64,000 nucleotides of DNA, from assembly GCA_965649825.1 (NCBI GenBank), contig OZ287713.1, positions 341,587-405,586 of the forward strand, read 5' to 3'. This stretch comes from Penicillus capitatus. Taxonomy: Eukaryota > Plantae > Chlorophyta. The notes below the pieces were generated by a model. The model searched no databases. It was not told the origin of the DNA and saw only the letters and a list, made by a program, of their open reading frames with translations. Shown here one piece after another: positions 46,517 through 58,535 of this stretch (the stretch's first letter is position 1; every line of letters starts with the position of its first letter). Made by a program: the position numbers and the translations under genes.

Positions 46517-49003
46517 TCAGATAACGAAACTGGAAGATTCGCTTCTATCGCGACTTCTGAACTCTTTCTTGATTCTAGCTATTCCTGAGATACCATTCTG
46601 CAGATAGAGGTGATGGTACTTCGGCGGCTCTGGTACAGCGGCGTAGCAATCTGTCGTGATTCCCATATCGCCCTTGCCCATTGCTACTCTAAACCACCCC
46701 ATCTCTCCCCAGTAGGTCCCCCAGCTGTTTCTGCCGATCCAGAATCTAACACCGTTCTCTTCTCCCCACCCGGACAGCACGACATGCTTCTTCGAGACTG
46801 TTCTGCACGGGTAGGCCTTCTCGTCTGAAAAAATGCCGCCCGTGTAAGAAAGAAAAGATTCTGAGTCACAGACACGGCAGGCAACTGGTCCCCTGGCGAC
46901 GATCTCTTTCAACACATGTTCATCTCCGGACACCTGAGCAGCAGACACAGATACGGCCTGCCGTCTTCGCTCCGTGTGCTTACCCTGTAGTAATCTTTGA
47001 TGGTGTAGGGTGTGTATTCTCCAGGTTTCAGAGCGTAACAATTATCCGGCCAGCAGGATTTACACACGTGTATGTCGGTACATTCGTTGGACTTCGCCTC
47101 GTAAGGCGAGCAAGATTCATCCGGCAGGCTGCGATCCTTGATGTACTTGTAGGCATCGTGCACCTCGCCGCCGCGACATCCGTCGGTGTCTTTTGTTCCT
47201 ACACAATTAAGTAGAACCTAGGAAACAGTATTCGCCTCGAGTGACAAGACAGCAGCGATGGGCACTTGGGCAGAGAGAACGACTTCTGGGTACGAGGCGT
47301 TTTTCAGCAACGCAAATCTATCGTTAAGAGCAGATGTAGCAGCCTGAGCCCATGAGGACTCGCAGTAGTAAGGGTTGTTCTGGTTTCTGTTGATGGAAGC
47401 ATAACTCATCCCGAAGTGTGACCGAATGTCATATCCGACGGTCTCGTCTTGCCTAGAGTGAGTGGGTCTCTTGGTCGCTTTCTTCTTTGGTTTCTTGGCA
47501 AGGAGGCGTCTGGCAGGGCCATCGGCATTCTCTGAGATGTGTTTGTATGGATTGTGATAGTTCAGCAAAAACTCTCCGTACGGTACGTCTCTGCACACAG
47601 TACTGAGGATCAGGGGATGGAAAGGAGAGCGATGCGCACTCGGGGAGAGGATCGTCCGGCAGTAGATGCTTCGGAACCTTGGGTGTTGCCCACGTGCAAT
47701 CGTTCTCGATTCCGAGATTCATTCGAGCATCGCCCCGTATTATTCTGAAGAAACCATTCTCCCCCCAGTAGGTTCCCCAGCTGTTTCGACCGATCCAGTA
47801 TCTAGGCGCCAGAAACGCAACACTCATCGGGCATCCTTGCAGAAGGAGGGACTGCTTACGGGATGCCATTCTCCTCTCCCCATCCCACGAGGCTGACAAT
47901 GTGGTTAGCATTCCACCGTATCCCGTTTTCAGAATAGATGCCGCCAGTGTACTCGTCGAAGTTATCGGTGGCAAACAGCGTGCACGAAACCGGTCCATGC
48001 TTGTAGATCTCATTCATGATGTTGTCTTCCTTGCTGCTGAAGGCATGGTACATTCGAATCGCGCCGGCATCCGTCGAGTCGAAGGCAGAGATCTTGTAGA
48101 GGGTAAAGTCCTTCACTGCCTTGCACTCGTCGCGACTGTTGGCCTGCAAACGTCCCGTTATTGCAGCTGTCGCGATGGCGGCCTCCTTACATGGTTCCGG
48201 TTGCAGCTGACGCAGACACTCGTCTCTGCACATCGCTGGTTTAGCGCTCGATAGTTTTGACACGTTTCATCTGGCAATCCGTGCTCTGCTACATACCGGT
48301 AGACACCGCTGGCCTGTCCTCCCTACGGCGGCGCCGTTTTCCTTTCAGCGACGCGAGGCTAAATGGCTCACTTGGCATGTCCCTCCGCCGTTGCAGTTAA
48401 TCAGGACTTGAGGGGCCAAGATGATCTCTGGAAACTGGTTACGCCTCATGATCTTCATGCGGTCGGAGATGGCGGAAGTTGTCCCGAAGGCCCAACAACT
48501 TCCACAGTACCTGCATACACACGGCGTCCACTCGTTGCGTTCAGTCGACGAGACGCACTGTGGTATGTGCTGATTCCTCGACACCGTCAAGTAGTTGACC
48601 CCATGGATATCCCCCCAAAAGAAATACGGCGGAAGGCTGCTGGGTTCCCGGACCACGCGAGGCGTCGCCGTCGACCAGTGATTGGCTGCAGAACAGACAC
48701 TCGTTTCCTTCTCGCCGGCACAGCACAGTACCGCCTCCGATGCGTGCAGCCGTGGAATAGATCGATGGCTTGTTGGCGCACAAGCCTCCAGCCAAGACGC
48801 TTCCACCTTCATACTGCGAACGAAATGACGAACCCTAAAACGATTAAACGTACTCTTGGAACGACGCATTCGCCAGCATCGATGTCGTCGTTCAGAGAAT
48901 CTCCCGCAAAGGCATTCCCCGGCGGGGTCGAATCGGCAGCGTCGACCCAGCTTGAAAGAAAAAAGAAGACGAGGAAACAGAGCAGAACGAATATGGACTT
49001 CAT
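46517..49003 (-). CDS. CTSZ: Double-domain cathepsin Z/X-like papain protease A (active domain 1 plus inactive domain 2); multi-intron
   Basis: Signal peptide MKSIFVLLCFLVFFFLSSWVDA. Domain 1: RNQHIPQ|YCGSCWAF, ANHIVSLVGWG, GRNSWG. Domain 2: RNQNNPYYCESSWAQ, KKHVVLSGWG, GRNSWG. Confidence 0.92.
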
Positions 49004-49280
49004 GGGGGATGCGTACGTGGAAACAATAATCACTGGAACTGTGAGCGGATTCCAGCGTCCACCTTGGCAGCATTTACGAAGTGACGTCATCCACCTGCCA
49101 CGTTCGACGGCGCGCATCCGAAGCCGCTGGCTGATTGGAAACCGTGTGACGGCCGGAAAAAGGATCGAGGCTTTCAAAGAACACGGACATGTCTGGCCAC
49201 TAGACACAAAACCCATACACCGACCAGAGGAGAGATTCCTGCCCGATGTGGGCATCTGATAAGCTCCGGCTGGGAGGCGA

Positions 49281-49820
49281 TCATCTCTTGCGGGATTTCA
49301 CATTGGCAGAGTAGTCCGTCGATTTGTACACCTCCTCGTATCCGATGCCGTTGGCGGCGGAGTCCTTGAGCCAGGTCAGATACATAAAGTCTTCGAAATC
49401 TGAATCCAATCTGGATGCTGCCACGTAGAGTGCCGCACATCCACCGAGTGTCAATGGTAGCGACAGGAGGCCGACGTCGATGTTCAGACCGCCTCCCATC
49501 GATGAACTGGATGCCACAGGCGGCGCTGCTTTCACGACAGGGGCCGGAGCCTTATCTGTCTCTGTCGACGTGTCGATGCGTTTGAGCTGCGGCTGCTCCA
49601 AGACGACACCCGCTTCGACTGGTGCGGCCGCGAGCACTGCAGCCATGGCCACGCCGGCGAGGAAGGGCAACGGCTTGACGTGGACCGCCTCGTCTTGCCG
49701 TTCGACTCGGGAGATCGACGCCTGTGCGCGGAGGACTCTACGACTGCTGACCGGTGGGGCTCTGTCCCTCTTCGATAGGCCACACTTCGCGAGACGACAG
49801 CCCAGAGTTGACGAAGCCAT
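49281..49820 (-). CDS. Small thylakoid membrane protein with a bipartite (lumen-transfer) presequence; family unnamed
   Basis: Transit peptide, hydrophobic LAGVAMAAVLAAAPVEA (A-x-A cleavage site), GVVLEQPQLK, one TM (LLSLPLTLGGCAALYVAA), then LDSDFEDF..KDS..GIGYE. Confidence 0.75.
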   Translation of the reverse strand: MASSTLGCRLAKCGLSKRDRAPPVSSRRVLRAQASISRVERQDEAVHVKPLPFLAGVAMAAVLAAAPVEAGVVLEQPQLKRIDTSTETDKAPAPVVKAAPPVASSSSMGGGLNIDVGLLSLPLTLGGCAALYVAASRLDSDFEDFMYLTWLKDSAANGIGYEEVYKSTDYSANVKSRKR

Positions 49821-50194
49821 TAGACGCGTCGAAGGGATCTTCTCTCAGAACGCGTTTGTGCGTTCGCGAGCGTTCGTCTGTCCGTCCACTCATCGCCAGT
49901 CGCTGTCATCTTCAATTCGAACGATGACGATTTACAGGGTAGTCGGCGTCCGTCACCTCTGGGGGTACAAAGGTAACCAAGTACGCCCAACACAGCAGCA
50001 CATCGCGAAAACTCATTGTAATGATTGTCGGTCAACGTCAGGAGAGTACACTACCCTCATAATCCTAGATTCTGTTGGGCGTCACATATTTTGATGATCG
50101 ATGTCACGTCAGACCACGACGGATGCGTTTATACACACGCCTGTCTATTCACACTCGCAGCCCATCCGGTCGATGCAGACGCACCAGCATCCCG

Positions 50195-50548
50195 TTAACT
50201 AGCGCCGCCAGCCGTAGAGAGTGTCCCCGATGGAGATGATGAAGAAGGACTCGACTGCTCTGCTTCTTCGCGAGATGCCTCGTGCGTTTGTTCCACCTCT
50301 CCATCGGAAGCAATGACCGGCCTATCTAAAGCACTAGCCCCTAGAACAGAACCACAGTTACTTAGCGATACTGGTTCTGGAGAGAGGCTCCACAGACCTC
50401 CGAGTCGCGGTGTCTCGATGTTCTCCGCATAGACAGTCCGTACAACAGGAAAGCCCAATTCGACGTCCGGCTCAGGTCGTATCCTGAACTCAGCTGATGC
50501 CATCCATGCCTTGATCTTTTCGGAAGGTGTTCGTTGTCTCTTCATCAT
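50195..50548 (-). CDS. Hypothetical protein (may have upstream exons to ~50860)
   Basis: 117-codon ATG ORF with no recognised motif. Confidence 0.3.
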   Translation of the reverse strand: MMKRQRTPSEKIKAWMASAEFRIRPEPDVELGFPVVRTVYAENIETPRLGGLWSLSPEPVSLSNCGSVLGASALDRPVIASDGEVEQTHEASREEAEQSSPSSSSPSGTLSTAGGAS

Positions 50549-50997
50549 TACGACCTCGTTCTAATGACACACGGACGTGCTGTCATCGCATGTCTGGCTG
50601 ACGATGGCGTCACACCTTTAATTTATGCTTCGCTGGATGCTTCTTCTTCTTGGGGTAACAAAACCAAAGATACGCGAGGATTAGGAGATAAAGACATAAC
50701 TGAGCTAAAATCGAGGCCAGGACAACGAAGCCAGACGCCATCCATAAAGAACCGGCGAAACACGTTTTTCACGAGGAGTCTACAGAAACCGTCTCGAATG
50801 CGCCTATCGGAGAATGGCGTAGTTAGGTGCTGACTTACGTGTCCCTCCGCCTTACGAGACATGCAGCTTCACACGATGCTCCACGTTCACACAGGCGTCT
50901 GTGAGACACGATTCGTATTCGGCCGACGCGTCGTACCCATCGCCGTATGAGATGTCCCGTACCTGTATCAGCCGTCGGCGATGTGATTCGCCAAAAG

Positions 50998-51486
50998 ATG
51001 TCGGTCAGTTTGCACACGAGCCTGGGCGATATCAAGATCGAGATCTTCTGCGAGGAGACGCCGCTCGCGGCAGAAAACTTCCTTGCGCTATGTGCCAGTG
51101 GATACTACGACGGGACGCTGTTTCATCGCAACATCAAAGGCTTCATGATACAGGGTGGAGACCCCAGTGGCACGGGGAAGGGAGGACGGAGCATCTTTCA
51201 CACGCTGAACCACAAATTCGAGGACGAGATCCGACCGGAGCTCAAGCATAACAAAAGAGGGATCGTCTCGATGGCGAACAGCGGACCCAACACGAACGGA
51301 AGCCAGTTCTTCATCGCTTACAAGGCGCACGTCCATTTGGACGGAAAACACACAGTCTTTGGTCATGTGATCGACGGCTTCGATGTTTTGGACAAAATGG
51401 AGAAGGTTCCAGTGGAGGACGGCGAGCGACCGAAACAGGACATCAAGTTGCACGGGACGACGATCCACGCCAATCCCATTGCGTAG
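50998..51486 (+). CDS. PPIL3: Cyclophilin-type peptidyl-prolyl isomerase, PPIL3/CYP18-like; intronless
   Basis: MSVSLHTSLGDIKIEIFCE, ENFLALCASGYYDGTLFHRNIKGFMIQGGDP, SMANSGPNTNGSQFFI, HANPIA*. Confidence 0.96.
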   Translation: MSVSLHTSLGDIKIEIFCEETPLAAENFLALCASGYYDGTLFHRNIKGFMIQGGDPSGTGKGGRSIFHTLNHKFEDEIRPELKHNKRGIVSMANSGPNTNGSQFFIAYKAHVHLDGKHTVFGHVIDGFDVLDKMEKVPVEDGERPKQDIKLHGTTIHANPIA

Positions 51487-51498
51487 GACATCCCGCCA

Positions 51499-54400
51499 TC
51501 AGGGCTCGTAGTTAAGCATGCTACGAAGATGCGCCTCGGCCTCTTTCTTGTCGATCCCCTTGCGATCCGCGTAGTCGTGCGCCTGCTCCTCCGTGATCTT
51601 TCCCACCGCGAAGTACTGACTCTGTGGAGCGCCGAAGTAGAGACCGCTCACACTGGCCGCCGGCAACATCGCCAGCGTCTCGGTGAGGCTGACGCCGATG
51701 CTCTCTTCTGCCTTGAGGATCTCCCACATCGTGAGCTTCTCGCTGTGATCCGGCTGAGAGGGGTACCCCGGAGCCGGGCGGATGCCCTGGTACTTGACCT
51801 TGAGCAGCTCCTCCGTTGACATGGTGCCCTCGGAGGAGTACCCCCAGTAGTCCTTGCGCGTCATCTCGTGGAGCTTCTCGGCGAAGGCTTCGGCCAGACG
51901 ATCCGCCAATGCCTCGGCCATGATGTAGTTGTAGTCGTCGTGGGCGGCCTTGTAGCGCTCCACCACAGTCTCCAGCCCAACGCCGGCCGTGTTGACGAAC
52001 ATGCCGATGTAGTCCGGCACGCCGCTGTCCTTCGGGGCAATGAAGTCTGAGAGGCAGAAATAGGCGGTGGCTCCATCGCGTTCCGCCTGCTGTCTCAGTC
52101 CATGGAACGTCGCCTTGATCTGCTGACGGTCATCGTCTTCGTAGACCTCGATGTCGTCCCCCACCGCATTGGCCGGAAAGAAACCGATCATGCCGTTCAG
52201 GGTGACCGTTTTCTGCTCGACGAATTCCCTGAGCATCTCCTGCGCCTCGTCGAAGAGCTTTTTGGCCTCAGCGCCGACGGCGGGATCGTTAAAGATCTTT
52301 GGGTAGCCGCGATTGGGATACCTCCCTCTCAGCTGCCACACCTGGAAGAAGGGATTCCAGTCGATGTAGGACAGCACGTCCGATATGGCAAAGCCGTTGA
52401 AGACGTGGATGCCCAGACGCTTCGGTCTCACCGGCTGCGACTCCGGCAGCGACCAGTCGATCGCAAACTTCTTGGCGCGGGCCTGCGCGAGGGTGAGGTA
52501 CCTGCGGTCCTCCAGGCCAGCATAGAACTCTTCACGGATCTCATCGTACTCCTCTCGGATGACTTCCACGAACTCCTCCCTCTGCGTCAAGTCCATCAGC
52601 GTCTGGCAGACGGGGACGCTTCGGCTGGCGTCCAGGACGTGGATGACGGCGGATCCCGTGTACTGTGGAGCGATCTTGACGGCCGTGTGGACCTTGGACG
52701 TCGTGGCGCCTCCGATGAGTAGTGGCAGTCGGAGGCCTCTCTCTTCCATCCGCTTCGCCACTGTCACCATCTCGTCGAGCGACGGCGTGATCAGGCCACT
52801 AAGGCCGACGATGTCCGCTTTCTCCGTCTCGGCGGCGTCCAGGATCTTCTCCCACGGCGTCATCACTCCCAGGTCAACGACTCTGAAGTTGTTACATCCC
52901 AGCACGACGGCCACGATGTTCTTGCCGATGTCGTGAACGTCTCCCTTTACTGTAGCGATCACGATGGTACCGGCGTTGCTGGGGCCCGAATCCTCTTCGC
53001 CCTTCGCCGCCTTCGCCTCCTCGATGAACGGCACAAGGTGCGCCACCGCCTTCTTCATGACCCGCGCCGACTTGATCACCTGCGGCAAAAACATCTCACC
53101 CGCTCCGAACTTGTCTCCCACGATATTCATCCCGTCCATCAGCGGCTGCTCGATCACGTTGAGTGGCTCCGGATACTTTCCGCAAGTCCGCGCCTCCTCT
53201 GTGTCCTTGACGACGTAGGTGTCAATGCCCTTGATCAGGGAATACGCCAGTCGCTTCTCGACCGGCTCCTCCCTCCACGCCTCCGACTTGGACGCCGATC
53301 TGTCGGCCTCCTGTGCCGTGCCGAGCGGCAGAACTTTCGTTGGCTTGGACTTGGGATTAATTGTCGCGGCGTACTCCAGAATCCGCTCCGTCGAGTCCTC
53401 CCGTCTGTTGAGCAGCACGTCCTCGACGTACTCCAGCAGCGTCTTATCAATCTTGTGGTAGTCGTCCTCCTTGACTTGGGCAGCGTTCACGATACCCATG
53501 TCCATCCCCGCAGCACAGGCATGGTGCAGAAAGGCGCTGTGAAAAGCTCGACGGACAGGCTCGTTACCGCGAAAAGAGAAGGCCACATTCGACACGCCGC
53601 CGCTGATCTTGCATCCAGGACACACGCGCTTGATTTCCCGAGTGGCCTGGATGAAGTCCACGGCGTAGTTGTTGTGCTCCGCCATCCCTGTTCCGATCGT
53701 CAGGATGTTGGGATCGAAGACGATGTCTTGAGGGTCGAATCCCACGTCCTCTACCAGGATGCGATAGGCGCGCTGGCAGATGCGGACCTTGTCTTCGAAC
53801 GTCGCCGCCTGGCCGTGCTCGTCGAACGCCATGACCACGACGGCGGCGCCGTGTCGGCGGATCGTCGCCGCCTGACTTCTGAAGATCTCCTCTCCCTCCT
53901 TGAGAGAGATCGAGTTGATGATGCACTTCCCCTGGCAACACTTGAGTCCGGCCTCGACGATGTGAAATTTTGAAGAATCGATCATGAAGGGCACGCGGCT
54001 GGTCTCGGGGTCGCTGACGAGGAGGTTGACAAACCTCACCATGGCCGGGACGCCGTCGATCAGACCGTCGTCCATATTGATGTCCAGCAGATCGGCGCCC
54101 TGTTGCACCTGTTTAAGGGCGATGGCCTGCGCCTTGTCGTAGTCCCCGTTTACGATCGCCTTCTTGTACATCATCGATCCGGCGACGTTGCAGCGCTCAC
54201 CCACGCAGAGAAACGTCCGACGCATGTTGCCTTCGTCTGGCTGGTAGTTCAGCGGCTCCAATCCGCAGAGGCGCATGAGAGGAGGGATGTCGTGATTGGC
54301 TCTCGGCGGAAATTCCGACGCCATCTCGGCGATGGCCGTGATGTACGGTGGCGTGGTGCCGCAGCATCCACCCACCGCATTCAACAACCCCTCCTCACAG

Positions 54401-55350
54401 AAAGGTCTCAGCAAGTCAGCCATCTCGTGCGGCTTCTGATCGTAGCTCCCCATCGCATTCGGCAGTCCGGCATTGGGGTAGCAGAAAATGTAGCAGTCAG
54501 CTAATTGGTGCAACTTCTCTATGTACTGCTTCATGTCTTCGGCCCCGAGGGCACAGTTCAGACCAATGGCGAACGGTTTGGAGTGGCGCACGCTGTTCCA
54601 GAACGCCTCGTTGGTCTGGCCGCTCAGCGTCCTCCCCGAAAGATCGACAATTGTTCCGCTGATCATGACCGGCACGCGAAGCTTGCGCTCTTCGAATAGT
54701 AGATCCAGAGCGTAGAGTGCTGCCTTGGAGTTGAGCGTGTCGAAGATCGTTTCGACCAGGAACAGATCGACGCCGCCGTCCAGCAGCGCCTCCGCCTGCT
54801 CGTAGTAGGCGTCCACCACTTCGTCGTAGGTGATTCCCCGAAAGGCCGGATTCTCGACAGACGGCGAAACGGACAGTGTTTTGTTGGTGGGACCGATGGC
54901 ACCGGCGACGAATTTCGCGGTGCCTGGATGGGCGGCCTCATACTCCTTACATGCCTTCTTGGCCAGCTCTGCTGCGGCGACGTTGATGCGAAAGACCTCT
55001 TCCCTCTCATCGAGGTGGTAGTCGGCTTGAGAGATCCGAGTGCCGTTGAAGGTGTTGGTCTCCAGGATGTCTGCCCCAGCCTCGAGGTAGGCGGTGTGGA
55101 TATCTCCAATTATGTCCGGACGGGTGACGACGAGAACGTCGTTGTTGCCCTTGAGGTCGTGCGGGTGGTCGCGGTAAACGTCGCCGCGGAAATCGATCTC
55201 TTCGAGACGATAGGTCTGGATGCAACTGCCCATCGCTCCGTCGATAATGGCAATCCGTTCTTGAAACAGCTTCTCGAGCGCGGCGAAGGCATCGGACTTT
55301 GGAAGCGGGTCGACGTAAGGTCTGTAAGAAGGCGGCTCGCCGGAGGCCAT
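51499..55350 (-). CDS. METH: Cobalamin-dependent methionine synthase; intronless (possible in-frame extension to 55500)
   Basis: [35 protein letters not shown] (Zn), [20 protein letters not shown] (B12-binding), [23 protein letters not shown] (AdoMet domain). Confidence 0.98.
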   Translation of the reverse strand: MASGEPPSYRPYVDPLPKSDAFAALEKLFQERIAIIDGAMGSCIQTYRLEEIDFRGDVYRDHPHDLKGNNDVLVVTRPDIIGDIHTAYLEAGADILETNTFNGTRISQADYHLDEREEVFRINVAAAELAKKACKEYEAAHPGTAKFVAGAIGPTNKTLSVSPSVENPAFRGITYDEVVDAYYEQAEALLDGGVDLFLVETIFDTLNSKAALYALDLLFEERKLRVPVMISGTIVDLSGRTLSGQTNEAFWNSVRHSKPFAIGLNCALGAEDMKQYIEKLHQLADCYIFCYPNAGLPNAMGSYDQKPHEMADLLRPFCEEGLLNAVGGCCGTTPPYITAIAEMASEFPPRANHDIPPLMRLCGLEPLNYQPDEGNMRRTFLCVGERCNVAGSMMYKKAIVNGDYDKAQAIALKQVQQGADLLDINMDDGLIDGVPAMVRFVNLLVSDPETSRVPFMIDSSKFHIVEAGLKCCQGKCIINSISLKEGEEIFRSQAATIRRHGAAVVVMAFDEHGQAATFEDKVRICQRAYRILVEDVGFDPQDIVFDPNILTIGTGMAEHNNYAVDFIQATREIKRVCPGCKISGGVSNVAFSFRGNEPVRRAFHSAFLHHACAAGMDMGIVNAAQVKEDDYHKIDKTLLEYVEDVLLNRREDSTERILEYAATINPKSKPTKVLPLGTAQEADRSASKSEAWREEPVEKRLAYSLIKGIDTYVVKDTEEARTCGKYPEPLNVIEQPLMDGMNIVGDKFGAGEMFLPQVIKSARVMKKAVAHLVPFIEEAKAAKGEEDSGPSNAGTIVIATVKGDVHDIGKNIVAVVLGCNNFRVVDLGVMTPWEKILDAAETEKADIVGLSGLITPSLDEMVTVAKRMEERGLRLPLLIGGATTSKVHTAVKIAPQYTGSAVIHVLDASRSVPVCQTLMDLTQREEFVEVIREEYDEIREEFYAGLEDRRYLTLAQARAKKFAIDWSLPESQPVRPKRLGIHVFNGFAISDVLSYIDWNPFFQVWQLRGRYPNRGYPKIFNDPAVGAEAKKLFDEAQEMLREFVEQKTVTLNGMIGFFPANAVGDDIEVYEDDDRQQIKATFHGLRQQAERDGATAYFCLSDFIAPKDSGVPDYIGMFVNTAGVGLETVVERYKAAHDDYNYIMAEALADRLAEAFAEKLHEMTRKDYWGYSSEGTMSTEELLKVKYQGIRPAPGYPSQPDHSEKLTMWEILKAEESIGVSLTETLAMLPAASVSGLYFGAPQSQYFAVGKITEEQAHDYADRKGIDKKEAEAHLRSMLNYEP

Positions 55351-55380
55351 CGTCTCAGTCGTGTAAATGATTGGGACGTT

Positions 55381-55506
55381 CGGCTGATCGATGGATGATG
55401 ATCGACGCATCGACTGATCGATGGATGATGATCGACGCATCGGCTGATCGATGGATGATGATCGACGCATCGGCTGATCGATGGATGATGATCGACGCAT
55501 CGGCTG
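55381..55506. repeat. 30-bp tandem repeat, 4 copies plus a partial copy, at the 5' end of METH
   Basis: CGGCTGATCGATGGATGATGATCGACGCAT x4 (one G>A variant). On the minus strand it reads [10 protein letters not shown] x4, in frame with METH. Confidence 0.97.
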
Positions 55507-55879
55507 TTGCAATCAAGAATGCGGTGAGAGGAACTAAGGCATTGGTTGGGGGAAGGAGACAGAACGCTTTAGTGGACAGCACAGCTTTCCTCTCTGCGGA
55601 ATGGATCTTCTGTCGCCGGAGTCTCTGTGTATGAGCGCCGGATGTGGCTCGTGCAATTCCTGACGGATGATGACGATGGCGCTACGACATCAGCTGCTAC
55701 CAACAATCGATGCGTGCGTCATCGTCATGTGGTCGCTCCTCGAAAAGCATTCCTGCAGCGAAACGATAGAGATGTTTGTCCAACTGGATGACAGGAGTCG
55801 AGGTTAAAGTGGCAGCTCGCAGCCGAGTACGGCGTGTCATTTCCTGGGTTGGATGGGAAGGTTTTTCCGTGTCGCCGCG

Positions 55880-57745
55880 CGATTCAGATGACGACGCCGA
55901 AGGGGTGCGGGGTCGCGGAGAGGCGATTCTGCGAAACGAACCGACTGTCTCTTGAACTCTTTCTGAAACGCGCAAGCCAATCGCCTTCACATTCTGGTAC
56001 ATACATACATACCATTGCGAAGATGGCTTCGTGAAATTGTTCTCCTTTTTGTTGATAGATCGGCAACAGAAACCCTTTCCGAACACCGTTTTCCAGAAAA
56101 CGAGAGTAGAGTTTGTTCAAGTGAGAAGACGAACAGCGATATTGGCTTCTCTCATCAACTTCATCTGGGTCTACAGTTTGGGTCACATATTACACATTTA
56201 GGCGCAACAGTTTCTCCAAAAGCACCGGAAGGGACAGCTTACGACCGAGTTCAAATCGAACAAGACAATAGGGTTTACCATAACGAATCGCTCGAAACTT
56301 GTCTTCCAGTGTATGTCAGTTCTCGGAGAGATGCTGTTTTGTGACAGGCACCATCGTATGTCAAATCGATCCTCGAGGAAATGGTGACAGCGTGAGCCAT
56401 TCCGCTGTCATGTCGAAAGACTGGAAAAGTCAGTCGATCGTTAGCAGTGCACAAGTAAGCAGGAGTCTGACATCTAAACACATACACGTTCTACACAAGT
56501 CTAAGATGCAGTGTCTTTTTTCCTAGAAGTAAGCACCGTTTCGCATAAATCTGTGTGTCTGAATTTGCATTGTGAGCACAGAATGCGCAACACGGAGCCA
56601 AACAAGATGTCTAAGAGGAAGAATAGCAAACAGAATCAATCCTGCACTTATGCAACTAAGACGCAAGCGTCTTTCTTGACGCCACTCATTGAAGATACAG
56701 AGGCCGATGGATCTATACACCCAAACGCACTAGAGACAGCACACAACACAGCAACTGTCCGCTGCTTCATGCCTCTGGTTTACGAACGAGGGCCGATCGA
56801 AGTTTTCTCAAGAATCTGCAGACAGTGTTCTTCGTCTCACGAAGAAGACGTGCTGCACGACGTATGGCCGTGCGTGCCGATTGTGGCAGACGAACCCAGA
56901 CATATAGACCACGTCCTTCCTGTGAACAGTCGATGTCACAATGACCCTCGCTCAGGATAAGGCTTGATGCATCCTTCTGTGAAGCCTCACCTCTCTCGTC
57001 ATTGCCATAATACTCTTCTGCCTTTCCTTCGCAAAAGAGAACAGTCGCAAGAAGTATTCTGTGCGCTTCATTGAGAAAAGTGGACGACGTGCTCAGGCCG
57101 CGCGTCAAAAGTAAGTAACGAGGAATTCGGAATATTCTGCTGACAGAGGTAGCCGCAAGAATATTCTCTTATCAGATTGGACAAAGACGTGAAGGGTCGG
57201 AAGCTGTCGTGAACATATGACAATGACGCTCAGGCAATGGAATGCCAAACTGCCGTAGCTTCCTCATCATTGCAAGCACAAGTGCTATCAATTTTATTCA
57301 ACTGCATTGCCGTCAAGCTACGCAGACGTTGAACCAAGGCCGATACGTTGTTAATCTTCTTCCATTTCGCGTCCATACGCAACTTGGACGCAATTCAAAA
57401 CGCGTTTGTAGATTTATAAACATAGAACCGTCGAATCGTCGCTGTACACGCCTGTCGACACTTTCGTCATCGCCGGAAACTGTCTCGAACGTCTTGCCTT
57501 TGTCGTGGAATCTCGATCCCTTCTTTCAGATCTTAATATCGCATCGTCGCGACACGACTTTTATATTTATCAATCTTATCAAAACGTGCCGTTGCGACCA
57601 CAGCTGTCCGACAGACGGCTGTCGAACAGAATCGCATAGCTGGCTTTCTATCAAATTGATGTATACAGTTTGCAGATGGCCTGACAAGATTGTCAGTATG
57701 GCGCAAGCGAAGAAGCTGCTTATGACAAAAACGCTCAGAGCACCG
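55880..57745 (-). pseudogene. SOS1: SOS1/NHX7 (SLC9C-like) Na+/H+ antiporter relic with stops and frameshifts
   Basis: Colinear motifs: TM FFACAILTILSG; EEYYGNDERGEASQKDASSLILS (cf. YWEMLDEGRIS..TANILMQS); ERRLRLSCISAG (cf. ERLESACYISAAFLRAH); HFLED..P..WKT; FLENGVRKGFL..EQFHEAI (cf. IENLEKVGLLEEKEIAHLHDAV). SOS1 motifs are recalled from memory. Confidence 0.55.
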
Positions 57746-58535
57746 ACGTGATATAAAGATATCGCGCCGCCGTTCTAACTTTGGCGCCATATTGGCCTCA
57801 ATCGTCCTGGCTTTGCGCACTCATTCGAAACTGGATGATAGAATTCAGGTGGAGCGCAACGAGACCGTGGTCGCGTTAAGCATCGAGAGAACGAATCTTA
57901 GAGTCAGATCGGTGCCGAGCGGTGTTCGCGATGCCTACTACTTAGAAGATCCTCTAAGGTTCACACGCTGAATGACGCGCTGTAAAAGAGTTATTTCGTC
58001 GAACGCATCCACGTTCTGCATCGCTCCGTAAAAAGATAGACGCAAGATAGAGTGCTGACGCGTGAACAGACAACGGCTGCCGAAAAGTGCTACGGAACCG
58101 TGACACTAAGAAGTATTTGATGGATCGCGTGAAGCTAAGGTTTCTGTCGGTAGTGGTGGATAGTGAGACCGGGGAGCGGATGAAAGACGAGCGTCTCCAG
58201 TCTGCTTTGCAGTTCGTTTATTGATACGTTCGATCAGAGAGACAGCAAGGCAGATCATGCAATGAACATGATGTGACGCTTACTGCGTCTATTAGGTGCC
58301 GCCTTTAGCATACGCAGTCTAGATCGGTAAAGCCTTTGCGACGAATTCCTAACAGCAATCGACGACATATTTGATAAAAGTGGCTACTTACTGTCTGGCG
58401 TCTTTTCATGAAGAAATCATGAAATAGAATCCTGACTAAGTAGATTCTAGCAGATGAAAGCAAATCTATTCAAACACATAGTGCGTTGATCGTAATTTTT
58501 CAGACAATCAATCATAATGCTAACAATGGCCGCAC

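Noticed and set aside
13736-51486. Alternative genetic code (TAA/TAG = Gln, as in some ulvophytes) to explain the stop-interrupted frames
   Set aside because: TAA ends RPB7 and RPL21, and TAG ends PPIL3, at their conserved C-termini. The relics also contain TGA stops and frameshifts, and one TAG falls at a conserved Glu position.
52933-53973. 346-aa plus-strand ORF and other long ORFs antisense to METH, GME, FAD4 and M28
   Set aside because: These are shadow ORFs caused by codon bias on the opposite strand, with unnatural composition and no motifs.
51499-55350. Recent bacterial HGT of METH
   Set aside because: Lack of introns alone is weak evidence because RPB7, PPR and PPIL3 are intronless too. 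There are no operon neighbours, and METH is a normal chlorophyte gene.
55350-55700. Cobalamin or SAM riboswitch upstream of METH
   Set aside because: No B12-box or other riboswitch consensus was recognised. The region is explained by the tandem repeat.
57242-57751. 169-aa plus-strand ORF as a gene
   Set aside because: Its composition is R/C/S-rich and unnatural, and it is antisense to the SOS1-like relic frame.
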